Assembly: GCF_006345805.1 (NCBI RefSeq)
Contig: NC_042997.1
Coordinates: 47,306,001-47,370,000, forward strand
DNA length: 64,000 bases
DNA from: Octopus sinensis
Taxonomy: Eukaryota
Direction of reading: 5' to 3'
Shown here piece after piece: positions 1 through 12,938 of the stretch; within the stretch, counting starts at the first letter, position 1; each line of letters begins with the position of its first letter. The notes beneath the pieces were generated by a model. That model saw nothing but the letters and a program-made list of their open reading frames with translations. It was not told the origin of the DNA and did not search any database. Made by a program: the position numbers and the translations under genes.

Positions 1-518
1 AGTTTAGGACATCACTATACTTGGTTCCGTCTTTTACGGTCATAACTCCGTGTGATTGTGATGATAAAACGATTTCATTAGAATATAAGACTTTACATAG
101 AAAAAAAAGACAGGAAGCATTCTAATGTGATACATATGCTTCATTGGATACTAATAATGAAATATGGACAAAATATAATATAATTTAATTAATAAAATTT
201 GGAATAAATACTTATAACTTTAGATTATTGGGGCATATGGAAGTTATATAATTGTGTTAGCATTATAACAACGCTCATGCGGAAGCACACACCACATACC
301 CATGCACACTCAGATATATGTGCATTAATATACGAATATATGTATGTGTATATTCACACATATACACACATATATACTGTATATATATATTTATATACAT
401 ATACACACATATATATATGTATATATATATATATATATATATGAGGCACCAAAGTGTACACACGCCACTACATGTATTTTAAAAAGAATATAAAAAGGGA
501 GAAGATAAAACAAGGGCG

Positions 519-1215
519 GTTCATTCGGAGCTTTCTTTCGTCAGTCTAGTTCCAGATTAGATTTGCAGTTTCGGCTGGTTGTACTCGAGACTACTCCAAT
601 CTGGCCAACTCTTTTTTCTTGCGCCCCGCCTCTGTCACATTTCCTGGCTTTCCCTTCATTCTCACCTTCCCTCTTCTTTCAGTTCACTCTGTCCCTTTTC
701 TCTTTTTCTCGCCCCTCTCTAATTCTTCTAGCCCTCTACCTCTACCTCTCTCCTCTCCTTCCACGTGACTGGGTTTCTGCCAAGCCTGACTTTTCTTCCT
801 TGGTTCGACTACTATCCGTGCAACATTTATATTCCTTCCCATGCCCCTCATCTATTATGTCCCTGTCGTAAAGCTTCACTTCCACACACGCCAGCTTAAT
901 TTAATTCGTCCTTAGTCGAAAGACACCTGTTGTTAATATCCTGCTGTTTGCATTTGTATAGGTGTACCATTTCTCCGTTTTTTGTGTCCTTGTTTTCGTA
1001 TACATTCGCTGCTTTCTTCCAAGGAATCTAGTGCTCTTAGCTTAGATTTTCCTTGGGGCTAGCCAGCTGTCTCGAGTATAACCAGCCGAAACTGAAAATC
1101 TAATCTGGAATTCAACTGACGAAAGAAAACTCCGAATGACACATCCTTGTTTTTTCTTGTCCCTTTTTTGTATCATCTAACTGTCTGGATGTTTTGCGTT
1201 CTTGTCCTATTTTTT
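519..1215 (+). mobile_element. Non-coding PLE pseudo-LTR-like element (family E) with an inverted terminal segment
   Basis: About 520-592 is the reverse complement of about 1068-1140 (roughly 85% identical by eye). Shares the GTATACATTCG..GCTTTCTT..GCTTAGATTT..CAGCCGAAA..CGAATG blocks and a pyrimidine tract with 6440-6700 and 26604-27590. Confidence 0.55.
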
Positions 1216-1230
1216 TAAGTGATTTAGGGC

Positions 1231-1672
1231 GCTAGTCAGCACCGGCGTTGCTAGAAATGAATGTCAAAACAACTCTTAACCATTTGAGAGCCCTTATCTA
1301 GCCACTGACAAGGGAGACAAGCTCCGTACGGCAAGCGGGATGGAGTCATATCATCGATGATTTCAGATCTGATTAATCTTCGTCAGTGACCCGTTACTCT
1401 GTCGCTGAGGGTTCAAAACGTAATTCACCTTGTCAGTCTTATGAAGAACTCCGTAGGAAACATTGACTGATTCCGAAAATAGTGAAGGGAGAATTATAAA
1501 TTATGAAGGTGCCTAATCGCAATTTACAACCGAAAGGCACCAGTATAGACGTCACTAAAGTAACCGAGGTTGCTAGTCACCACCAGCATTGCTAGAAATA
1601 AGAGTCAAATCAACACTTAGCCACCTTATATCATTTATCTAAAGACTGACAAGGGAGACAATCTCCCTACGA
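1231..1672 (-). mobile_element. Short element with diverged ~100 bp direct repeats (period ~341 nt) enclosing a hammerhead ribozyme
   Basis: GCTAGTCA..GCTAGAAAT..CTGACAAGGGAGACAA occurs at 1231-1330 and again at 1572-1672. Confidence 0.55.
1343..1392 (-). ncRNA. Type I hammerhead ribozyme, intact core
   Basis: Minus strand: GGGUCA-CUGACGA-AGAU(UAAUCAG)AUCU-GAAA-UCAU(CG)AUGA-U-A-UGACUC. Stem I 6 bp, stem II 4 bp, palindromic stem III (AUCAUCGAUGAU). Confidence 0.85.
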
Positions 1673-1867
1673 TATATGTTTGCGTGTATGTATATATTAG
1701 ACGCATGTATTTATGTATGTAAGTAGGCATGTATAAGAACACCCAAACGTACAACGAAACTGACTCTAGACCAAGTTATATACAACACAGATGCAAAATA
1801 AAAGAGATATCACTACACGAAAATTAAACTTACGCTTACACACACGTTCACTTAGTTGAATTTGGAA

Positions 1868-2248
1868 GCACTCCGTCGGTTACGACGACTAGGGTTCCGG
1901 TTGATCCGATCAACGGAACAGCCTGCTCGTGAAATTAACGTGTAAGTGGCTGAGCACTCCACAGACACGTGTACCCTTAACGCAGTTCCCGGGGATATTC
2001 AGCGTGACACAGAGAGTGACAAGGCCGGCCCTTTGAAATACAGGTACAACAGAAACAGGAAGTAAGAGTGAGAGAAAGTTGTGGTGAAAGAATACAGCAG
2101 GGATCACCACCATCCCCTGCTAGAGCCTCGTGGAGCTTTTTAGGTGTTTTCGCTCAATATACACTCACAACGCCCGGTCTGTGAATCGAAACCGCGATCC
2201 TACGACCGCGAGTCCGCTGCCCTAACCACTGGGCCATTGCGCCTCCAC
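1868..2248 (-). mobile_element. tRNA-headed SINE, family A
   Basis: Head GTGGAGGCGCAATGGCCCAGTGGTTAGGG..GGTTTCGATTC (A/B-box-like). Near-identical copies at 61512-61892 and 24065-24260. Confidence 0.85.
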
Positions 2249-2587
2249 TTACTAAGTTGAATATATGCTGTTAAACACAAGGGACTATTTCATGCATTCT
2301 GAGCATGTATTCATACCTGGACAATTCACAGCAAGTTATCATTTCTCACTGATAATATGAGCGCGTTCGGGCCTTGTGCCTAGACTAGAAAGGAATATGA
2401 ATGCGTTCCTATTCATTGTAACAACTGGAACAGAAAGAGCTCTTTTCAGTGCTCTTCCATATCAAATGAATAAATAGATCCACTGTGTTTCTATTGGATT
2501 TCTATCATTTTATTACGATAGACTTTCTATTAATTATCCCCTGTGTTGTTTACAGTTTGCTTCACTTAATGCTAGGTATAATTTTCT

Positions 2588-2780
2588 TTGGTTTGTTTCA
2601 GTCATTAGACTGCGGCGATACTGGGGCACCGCCTTGAAGAACTTTTAGTCCAATGAATCGACTTCTAGTACTTTTCATTTAAAGCCAGGTAGCTTTCCCG
2701 AATCGCTAACTTACGAGGACGTAAAGTCACCAAAGGCGGTTGTCAAGCGATGGTGGGGGACAAACACAAACACAACGATA
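2588..2780 (-). mobile_element. SINE family C, 3' part
   Basis: TTGTTTCAGTCATTAGACTGCGGC..GGGGCACCGCC block shared with the other family C copies. Confidence 0.75.
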
Positions 2781-2805
2781 CATACAGGTGAGTGCGCACA
2801 CGTAC

Positions 2806-2859
<54 letters not shown>

Positions 2860-3494
2860 ACACAAACACCCTCGCGCGCGCGGGGCTGCGAATGAGCCGT
2901 CCCTGTTTTCTCTTGTCCGTCCTTTTGCTGTTTTTCCTATCTCTCTTTCTAACGTCTGTCTGTCTGTCCGGATTTTTATTGTCGTCTGTTGCGTTCTTCT
3001 ACCATATTTTTCTTTCAACGTCCTTTAGTTCATTCTTCCTCTGTTTAATAATACTTATTACGTAACATAGGCTACAGACCCCATATTTATCAAAGACCCA
3101 TATTATCAAAGAAATTATTATTATCATCAGCATTCTTCTTCTGAACGTCTTCTTCTTCTTCTTCTTCTTCTTCTTCTTCTTCTTCTTCTTCTTCTTCTTC
3201 TCCTTCTCCTCCCCTCCTCCTTTTCTTCTTTTCTCCCCCTCCTCCATCATCTAGAAGTTCAAATTAGTGTTATGACTAGAGTGCCGTATCTTTGATTTTG
3301 GCAGAAAGTATTGTTTTAGAGAATGTCTGAGACTACACAAGATAATTAGAAGATTGTTTCAAAAGTAATTTGATTATAAGATGATAGTGTGATCTTAAGA
3401 TGGTAGCAAAAGGTATTAGCTATTGTGTACTTTTAAAATTAATTTTGAAAATATTTACAGTTTAAAATGCTTTTAGGATTGTTTTTATTCTGCG

Positions 3495-3690
3495 AGTTGG
3501 CACACACGTTAGCACGCCAGCAAAATGCTTAGCGGCTTTTCGTCCGTCGCTACGTCTCCTGTGTTCAAATTCCGCCGAGGTCAACGTTGACTTTCATAAT
3601 TTCAGGGTCGATAAGTTAAGTACCAATGAAACACTGGGGTCGACGTAATCGACTAGCACTTCCCTCAAATGTTCATGCCTTATGCCTTTA
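3495..3690 (+). mobile_element. SINE family B
   Basis: GCGAGTTGGCA..GTTAGCACG..AAATGCTTAGCGG..TTCAAATTCCGCCGAGGTC consensus. Confidence 0.75.
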
Positions 3691-3784
3691 ATAGAGATGT
3701 TATTATTATAATTATTATCATTGTTATTGTTATTGTTGTTGTTGTTGTTATTATAATTATTATTATTATTATTATTATTATTAT

Positions 3785-4332
3785 GACATCAATGTGACAC
3801 TAGGGTAAAATATACGAAGACCAGTATACCCGTCAGGACTACTGGTCTGATAAGGTACATGCATCATAAATATGTGTGCGACATAGTGATCTCTTATGAA
3901 AATAAACAGTGCATGACCTTGCAAGTGGGGCCCAGTTAAAAATTTTTTCAGATTGAGTCGCCCATCCCGCTCAAAAGGACCCTGTACAATAGTTGTTTAA
4001 AGATGTTGAACGAAACACCCATGTTTCCATTGGTGAATTATTCAAACCCCAAAGAATCTCTCTCAACACATGACAATGATGCCCTCTCGCTATCTCTGCT
4101 CGTGATCAGAGATACAGATAATGTCAGTCACTAAGGGACATGCTCAGCTGGTTAAGGTCCAACAACTGACGAGCAAATCTGTGGTATTGAGCAGAATATT
4201 TGCTGTAGCCTATCTTTTATACCAAGACAAAACATGTACACGTTAACACTTCCAATCAGTTGAGATCAGAAGCCATAAGAGCCAGTGCCTGGTACTGCAT
4301 CAGAGCATTTACCCTGGTGCTGCATCAGGACA
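3785..4332 (-). mobile_element. ~550 bp non-coding repeat (family D) ending in an (AAT)n tail
   Basis: Homologous to 45400-45953 and 62168-62692. Each copy abuts a (TAA)n tract at its 3' end. Confidence 0.75.
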
Positions 4333-4344
4333 TTGTTATCATTA

Positions 4345-4980
4345 TCTCTTTGTTAGCGGTTTTGTTGGAACACTTGGAGTCTTCCATACGTTGCGGGCTT
4401 ACTACATGCAGTCGACGGTATCATGCTATTCGTTCTTTTCAGCCATCTAATATTTCCCTGATTATTCTGGTCGTGCCAAGGAGGCAAACATTTTGTAACA
4501 GTTCTACTGGGCACTCAATTCCAATTTCCTTTATATTCTTCATTATGCCTTCTGATACTGTTCTCAAGCACCCAAAAGATAATTGGCACTCTCTTCACAT
4601 TCTTCATTTTCCATAGCCGGGCTATTTTGTACTTAAGAGGACTGTATCTATCTATATTTTCGTCTTCCTTCTCGACTCTTCGTGGGTCAAAGGGGCCTGA
4701 AGCGTCAACTATATAGCATATGTGGTGCACTTTGTCCACCACCACTAGATCCGGTCTGTTATACTATAGCGCCTGATCTGTTTGGATTCGGAAATCCCAG
4801 AGGATTTTGCTAGTCTCCAACTCTGCCACTTTCTGCAGTTTGTGCTCGTACCATGTCTTGCCTCTCTCTAGCCCCCACTTTTCTCACAGTTTCCAATGTA
4901 GCACCTCTCTATCTGGTCGTGTTGCCACAACTTGTAGTGGTTTTCGGCAAGCCTAGGGCATTCGTTCGTGATATGGGCAT
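4345..4980 (-). pseudogene. Decayed 3' end of a REL-endonuclease non-LTR retrotransposon (R4/Dong-like)
   Basis: Frameshifted peptides HITNECPRLAENHYK..HD, ILWDFRIQTD..RPDLVVVDK, and KYKIARLWKMKNVKRVPII, typical of the zinc knuckle plus PD-(D/E)xK region. Confidence 0.75.
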
Positions 4981-4994
4981 TATCATCATCATCA

Positions 4995-5041
<47 letters not shown>

Positions 5042-5050
5042 ATTATTATA

Positions 5051-5082
<32 letters not shown>

Positions 5083-5098
5083 CATCATCATTGTAACT

Positions 5099-5255
5099 AA
5101 GGCGGTGAGTTGGCAGAATCGTTAGCACGCTGGACAAAATGCTTAGCGGCATTTCCTCCGATCTTACATTCTGAGTTCAAATTCCGCTGAGGTCGATGTA
5201 ATTGACTTACCTCCTCCCCCAAAGTTGCTGGATTTAAGCCAAACTTTTGAAACCA
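5099..5255 (+). mobile_element. SINE family B (internally deleted)
   Basis: AAGGCGGTGAGTTGGCAGAATCGTTAGCACG head. Confidence 0.75.
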
Positions 5256-6439
5256 TTATTATTATTGTTGTTGTTGTTGTTGTTATCATTATCAACAGGT
5301 ACATCGTCATTCATAGTTATATCAATCTATGGAATTCGCTGCTGAGAACTTTCAGAATGTAGGTTTCGCGAAATGATTCAAGATAAAGATTTCTGTGTAT
5401 TCCATATGCCTACTATCGCGACACATTATTTGGATGCTTCATAATCTGACCTGAATTTTAGTATAAAATCTTGTTATTTTTACTAACGAGATATTTAGGA
5501 ATTATATAGTTGATCGATTAAATTGTCTATGTCCTCTCTTGAACAACATTTTCCTCGCGTCCAATTAAGATATCACAATTATAATGCTATTACTAATTTC
5601 AGTGGTATTATCGCAATCAAGTCATATAATCGTAAACATTTTAGATATGAAATAGTGTTTGAAACACTATGATTAGTGACTGCAGCACTTATTATCAACC
5701 TATCGATTTAGAATGCTTCAAAAATATAATTAATGCAATTATAATGGAACATAATCAATTCCTTGCAGCCAGTATAATAAAGAACTAAGAAACTGAATGA
5801 AGATAATTGAAGATCAAAATTAAAAACACTGTTGCGTTTCTTTCCTTTTTACCTAAATTCTTCTCTCTATCGGTAAAAATATAAGCAAAACACATTACAC
5901 GCAAGTTTCGACATATATTCACTTATATATAGGAAATTATATGTAAAATGACAAGGAAGAAATGTTAAGAATTATGTCTGCATTTTAAAGAATTTCGTTT
6001 AGGAACTATGTGGCTCCGTGTTTGATACCGCTCCGTGTCTCACGTGAGATTATTGCTTTTGCTATTACTGTGAGTCAAATAATAGTTTCCGAAAAGAATG
6101 TATGCTAAGTAGCTGAGGTATGCTTTGTAGCTGACTATATAAGAAGTTTGCATCGCAAACAAGGTGTCTCACGCTTGATCACTTATGTGGCCTCTTATGA
6201 TAAATGTCATTTCCTAAAGTCACGTGTAGTCTCATTTCATCCCAGCGAAATGACGTTGATGGAAATAGCACAGAAAACAATCTGGCGGCTAGTAATTGCA
6301 TTGTTATGAAGTGTCATGCTGATTCTGTTTGTAAATTACATCAACAGTAAACGTTAATTTCAGTTGAACGAACGGCTGATTTCTCATCGTCCCACGGTGG
6401 GGATACCATCTTTATGTGTGTGTATATAAGTATATACAA

Positions 6440-6700
6440 GATCTTCATTTTTTTGTCGTTGTTGTCGTACAAATTCGCTAGCTTTCTTAGAAAGGGGCCT
6501 AATGCTCTTAGCTTAGACTTTTGATGGGGCAACCAGATAGAACCATTTCAAGTGTAACTGCCCGAAATAGTCGTGACATCTGGTATTTGACTAAAGAAAG
6601 AAGGCCACAGATGACCCGTCTTTTTTTGCCTGTCCTAATTGTTGTTTCTCTTGTCCACCTTTGTATCGTCTATCTGTCCGAATGTTTTTATTGTCCTCTA
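6440..6700 (+). mobile_element. Diverged family E pseudo-LTR-like fragment
   Basis: Aligns by eye to 990-1200 (AATTCGCTAGCTTTCTT..TAATGCTCTTAGCTTAGA..CCGAAA). Confidence 0.55.
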
Positions 6701-6712
6701 TTGCGTTTTTGT

Positions 6713-6783
<71 letters not shown>

Positions 6784-6939
6784 ATAATTGAGATTCAGAT
6801 GAATTAGGTACTTAAGTTGAGGCACCCAAAATTAGTGTGGTATTATCCGTACAATTTCAAAATAAGGTGAATAAAAAGAAAATAAGCAACAGGATATACA
6901 TAGGTGAACGAGTACGACATCCTGTTGCTTATTTTGATT

Positions 6940-6982
<43 letters not shown>

Positions 6983-7449
6983 AACATACGCACACACACA
7001 CGTGTATATACGCGCATACCAGCACACGTCTATATAAGCACACACACACACAAACACGCGCACAAAGAAGATCATACATACGTCTATATATTTAACCACC
7101 TCTTGTGCATGTGCGTATATAGACGTGTGTATGAACCTTTTTGGTGCGCGCGTGTGTGTGCGAGATTGTATATATATTTTTGGGCGAATAATGTGGTGAG
7201 AATGTGTATGTTTCAAGTGAGGATGGATGAGTGTTTACTTATAGGCGCATATATGTGAGTGTGCGGGCGCACATGTGTAGGTATGGACATGCGCGCATAC
7301 GCGAATACAATGAACTTTTTAACACCCTACTTTTACTCCCCCTCACTTAGAGGTCATTCAAATAGCTATTTTGTCTTGATGACGGTCAATCACACAGTAA
7401 TTTCCCTTTGTTTAACGGTAATTTTTCATAGCCTTTTTTCCGATAACTG

Positions 7450-7510
7450 GATAACTGAAGAGATGGCGGCGTGGATCTCCACCCCTAAATCCGAAACTTG
7501 GAGTTTTATT
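7450..7510 (+). ncRNA. Degenerate type I hammerhead-like motif
   Basis: GAUAA-CUGAAGA-GAU..GUGG(AUCU)CCAC..AUCC-GAAA-CU(UGG)AG-U-U-UUAUU. Stem II is imperfect. Confidence 0.45.
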
Positions 7511-7567
7511 ATGGCTACCGAATAATTGTCACATATTACATTTACAGGTGTATATATATATATATAT

Positions 7568-8774
<1,207 letters not shown>

Positions 8775-10965
8775 CATACATGTATGTATGTATAATATAT
8801 ATTTTCATACACCTATGCATTAGTGTGTGTGTGTGTGTATTTGTATGTATGAATGTATTTGATTATGTATATAATATATGCTTTTGTATGTTTGTGAGGC
8901 TCTGTTGGTATCAGCAACATACGCTTTACCAATTAATTTGACGTCTTTTGAGAGTAGCACCTCCGTGGTTCTTATGACAAGTTTTGCATTTAGTTATTAA
9001 TGACTCCTCATATATCATTGCATTTCGATCTAATTATAGTTGTCACAGCTTTTAATATATTAAACCATTTTGAAACTGCTATCTGTATCAAATTTCGCAG
9101 AATTATATATATTTGCTACAATCTTTATTTGATTCACTCGATTAGGCAACTAACTTAGATATGGATGAGGTGATTAAATATATAATTTTCTAATTAATAC
9201 ATAACCTCTTTCAGTAAATTTTCATTTATGAAGTTTTCACTCCCAACATTTTATATCCTATATTTGTGCACTGCCATGATACTTTCGAACGTCATTTAAA
9301 TTATGTGTACATTATTATCCTGAGAGGTTTTATCTTTCATTCTGTTTATCTTAGAATCGAATTAAAAAAAAACCAGATTATAGATTTATTAATGCACTCA
9401 CGTATTTTGCTTGGGTTTACTTTGTAGCTTAAACTAATTTCTAATTCATAACATTTACGTTAATAGATCTTTTTTAAACTCTCTTGAAATTTTATACTCT
9501 TTCGTTGATCACTGGATAGTTAATTCCTTAAATTTTTCATTTTATATCGTTGCAACTGAAATTGCAGAAGGCAAAAACATGATAATATTATGGACCTCTT
9601 CATATTTCCTTTCTCTCCACATTTAGTATCGTGTGTAATTAAAATGAGTTAATACGTCTAATTATAATTTATGCATTAAAGTATGGAATTTATTCAATTT
9701 ATATATTATGATAGGAAATTTGAGCAATTTGTCTGTAAAAGATATGTTGGTTTTAACAGTACTGATAAAAATTACGTACCTTTTATGTCATCAATAAAAA
9801 CGGGATGTGCATTAACTATATGTAAGCAAAGGTGTAATCTACAAGTTGTATTAATTAAATAGGTTCCAGTACAAATTCGTGTACAAAGTGCAGAGTGAAT
9901 CAAGAGCAATGTCAATGTTCATGACAAAACAAAGTTTCCTAATGAATCCAGTTCATTGCTATTTCTTCGGTAAAATTGTTGTATGATAGCATATCCATGG
10001 AGGCACTAAGATAATTAGTTGACGTTAGCATTTGGGTTTTGGAGTCTAATATTTTGGACATCATAGACTTCAACTTACCTATCTGTCAACTTGAAAAAAC
10101 ATCATTAATTTACTAGTATAACTCATAATCCATATATCACTGACTGATTGATCAATTAACTAAGTAATTAATCAGTTGATCATTAAAAAATATGAGCACA
10201 ATAACCAATTGTGTAATAAATATACGCACATAAGCAGATTGCGGGCTATGGCAATGCGTTAGGTATAAGGAAAGTAAATTAACCTCCTCTGTAACATTGT
10301 TTTCTCCTATATACCTAATTACATATAATTATTTGTTGAAATTTAAAATGTTTCATTAACCAATAAAATTGTTCTTAGGTGTACAACTGCCTGCTTTGGC
10401 TATCATTGGACAAGTTACTTCAAAAGCTAAAAGCGTATAGTTCTTTCGAATGAGGAACTGAAATCGAAATGTGAATTCTGTTCACGGCTTTTGGTATGCA
10501 GGGTGTTTCTAGCTAAAGAATATTGATAAAATAAATATTCACAATTATGATAAACGACTGGATATCAGAAATCTAAGAGACGATTCGCTCCAATATTTCA
10601 AACAAGTTACAAAATCACAAAGCTTAATTGTCTCAATTTCCTATGGAGACAAACCAATTTACTAGCTCTTAGTTTATTAGTGGATATCAACTTTGCAGAG
10701 ACCAGTCAAGCCGTATCTAATTTATATGATCAGCTGGCGTATCAGTAAAATGTATACCAGTATAAATTGTTTAATAATCGGAGTAATGATGGTGTAAACT
10801 AATTGAAGCACGAGATTCTATAGATTACAGTAATCGACGGCTATTGACATTTCTGATTTTAATTTCCTAAGAATTAACAAATGAGACTATGTAAAACCGA
10901 CCAACGTTAGACCTGGTGATCAATACACACTCACTCAACATACGTTATTAATAATTCACAAACGC

Positions 10966-11011
<46 letters not shown>

Positions 11012-11270
11012 TATATATATACAGAGATGAAAATAAATATTAGGTAGGTATAAGTATAGTATCAAGAAGTTAGCCTCACTAGTATGTGCTTTCAGGTTCG
11101 GTAACACTGCACAATCTTTTGGTGAGTTTCTTTTCACTATACATTTGGAAGGACAAATGCGAATTTTTCAGTTTTAAGTGTGTGTATCTGTATGAGTTTC
11201 TATGCATGTATGAGTCTTCTTATATAAACATTTGTGTGAATAAGTTTTACCCAAGTATATCGGTTTCAGT

Positions 11271-11348
11271 GTAAATATACTGTAGGTGGTGTAATGTATA
11301 CAGTAGGTGGTGTAAATAGACTGTAGGTGGTGTAAAGATACAGTAGGC
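11271..11348. repeat. Minisatellite, ~20-21 bp unit x4
   Basis: TGTAAATATACTGTAGGTGG-like units in tandem. Confidence 0.8.
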
Positions 11349-11499
11349 AGAATTATTTAATTTAATGGTAGCCTCTCAAGTCTGGGAAATACGATTCTAC
11401 AATTTCTTGCTCAACAGCCTTTACAATCTGTTTATAGTGATTAACTGTTTGTGCTGTATGTAAACTTACACCCAACATCAAATTGACATTGCCTATACG

Positions 11500-11660
11500 G
11501 GTGTACGGTGTGTCACAAGTCAGATACCAATGTGAGAGCAAACCAACGCTACATGAAGTGTTTTGCTCAAAAACACAACGCGGCACTGGTCCTGGAATTG
11601 AAACCACGATCTCGCGATAGTGAGTGCATCACCGTGATCACTAAGCTACACACCCACAAA
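11500..11660 (-). mobile_element. Degenerate tRNA-headed SINE related to 29833-30090
   Basis: GAAGTGTTTTGCTCAA.AACACAACGCG..GGTCC.GGAAT.GAAACCAC block shared. Confidence 0.65.
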
Positions 11661-11989
11661 TCGCCGAACATGTGCTTTCAGGGGAAAAATCATTTCTCAT
11701 GTCTCTCCACCCTAAGTTAAAAGTGTACGTTTTTGTCTCATGCCATCATAAATACAGTGAAAAGATTACGATATATAACAACTTTTATGCCCCAGTAAAC
11801 GTATGTTCTAATAAGTTTTCAAGGTGATCATTACTTCTAAGTACAATTTAGAAGAACGAATCTGTGCAGAAACACATTGTATTTACACACACACACACAG
11901 AGGGTACATATGGTATTTGAGGACAGATTTATGGCTTTAAAAAAAGCTTATATAATAACAGAAAATGTATTTTTATAAAAATAACATAA

Positions 11990-12780
11990 ATACAAAACTA
12001 AAGTATCAATTTAATAATTTCATTCAATAAAACCACCGTAAGCATCAGTAACTACCTCTATGCGGTGTCGAAATCGTTTACAAGCCCAGATTTAATGGTC
12101 GGTGTTCTTATCGGACATCATTCGAACTATGGCAACATCTTTTTCAACGATGCTTCATACATAGTATGAGAATTAGGAGGAGAATAACAAAGCCAAATGT
12201 TGGGGGTAATTTGATCATGCAAATTGTCGGCCATCCCTTCTTCTGTGATTTGAGCCTTATCTGATGGTGCAGAATCTTTTTGAAAGGCATAAGGCGTTCC
12301 ATTGCATACACTGTTGATCCAAAGCTTAAGAACTTTATCCAGAACCTCAGTATAAGCAGCAGCATTCACCCTAAGGCCTTGTGTGGAAAAAAGTGAGGTG
12401 GCATCACATGTTCTTTATTGCTTACAACACCCAAAACTATGACACATGCAGGAAATGTTGTGTATTACTGCTGGAACCTCAGAATGGTCAGCACATAGCC
12501 ATCTGCCATTTCTTCAGTTAGTTTTCTGGTCTTGGTCAAATTTTTTGCCATCCGAGAAAAAAACCAAAACACACCATCTTCTGATGGACTTCCAAGTTTT
12601 GTTCAAAAGTCTTTTGGATCTGATTAAACGGTTTTCTTTTCTTTTGTTTTTTCATCACGTAAGATTTGTATCTGATGTCTTTATGCACAAGGTGTGTGTT
12701 TGTGTATATTTGAGTAGTCTCTATAGAAAAGTTGAGTCAGTTGTGAATCTTGTTTCCAACTAATCGTCCTAACCATATTG
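11990..12780 (-). pseudogene. Decayed Tc1/mariner-superfamily transposase, maT (DD37D)-like
   Basis: Peptides VLGVVSNKEHVMPPH..GLRVNAAAYTEVLDKVLKLWI..YAFQKDSAP..PNIW..SPPNS and RFRHRIEVV. Stops and frameshifts present. Confidence 0.75.
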
Positions 12781-12829
12781 GGAGTAAAAAGTATATCACA
12801 AGACTCGTGCCCCCTTATATATATATATT

Positions 12830-12861
<32 letters not shown>

Positions 12862-12876
12862 TATATATATATAAAT

Positions 12877-12938
<62 letters not shown>

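Noticed and set aside
1868-2248. tRNA gene at the SINE A head
   Set aside because: The tRNA-like head runs into a repeated SINE body found in three copies and lacks a complete acceptor stem.
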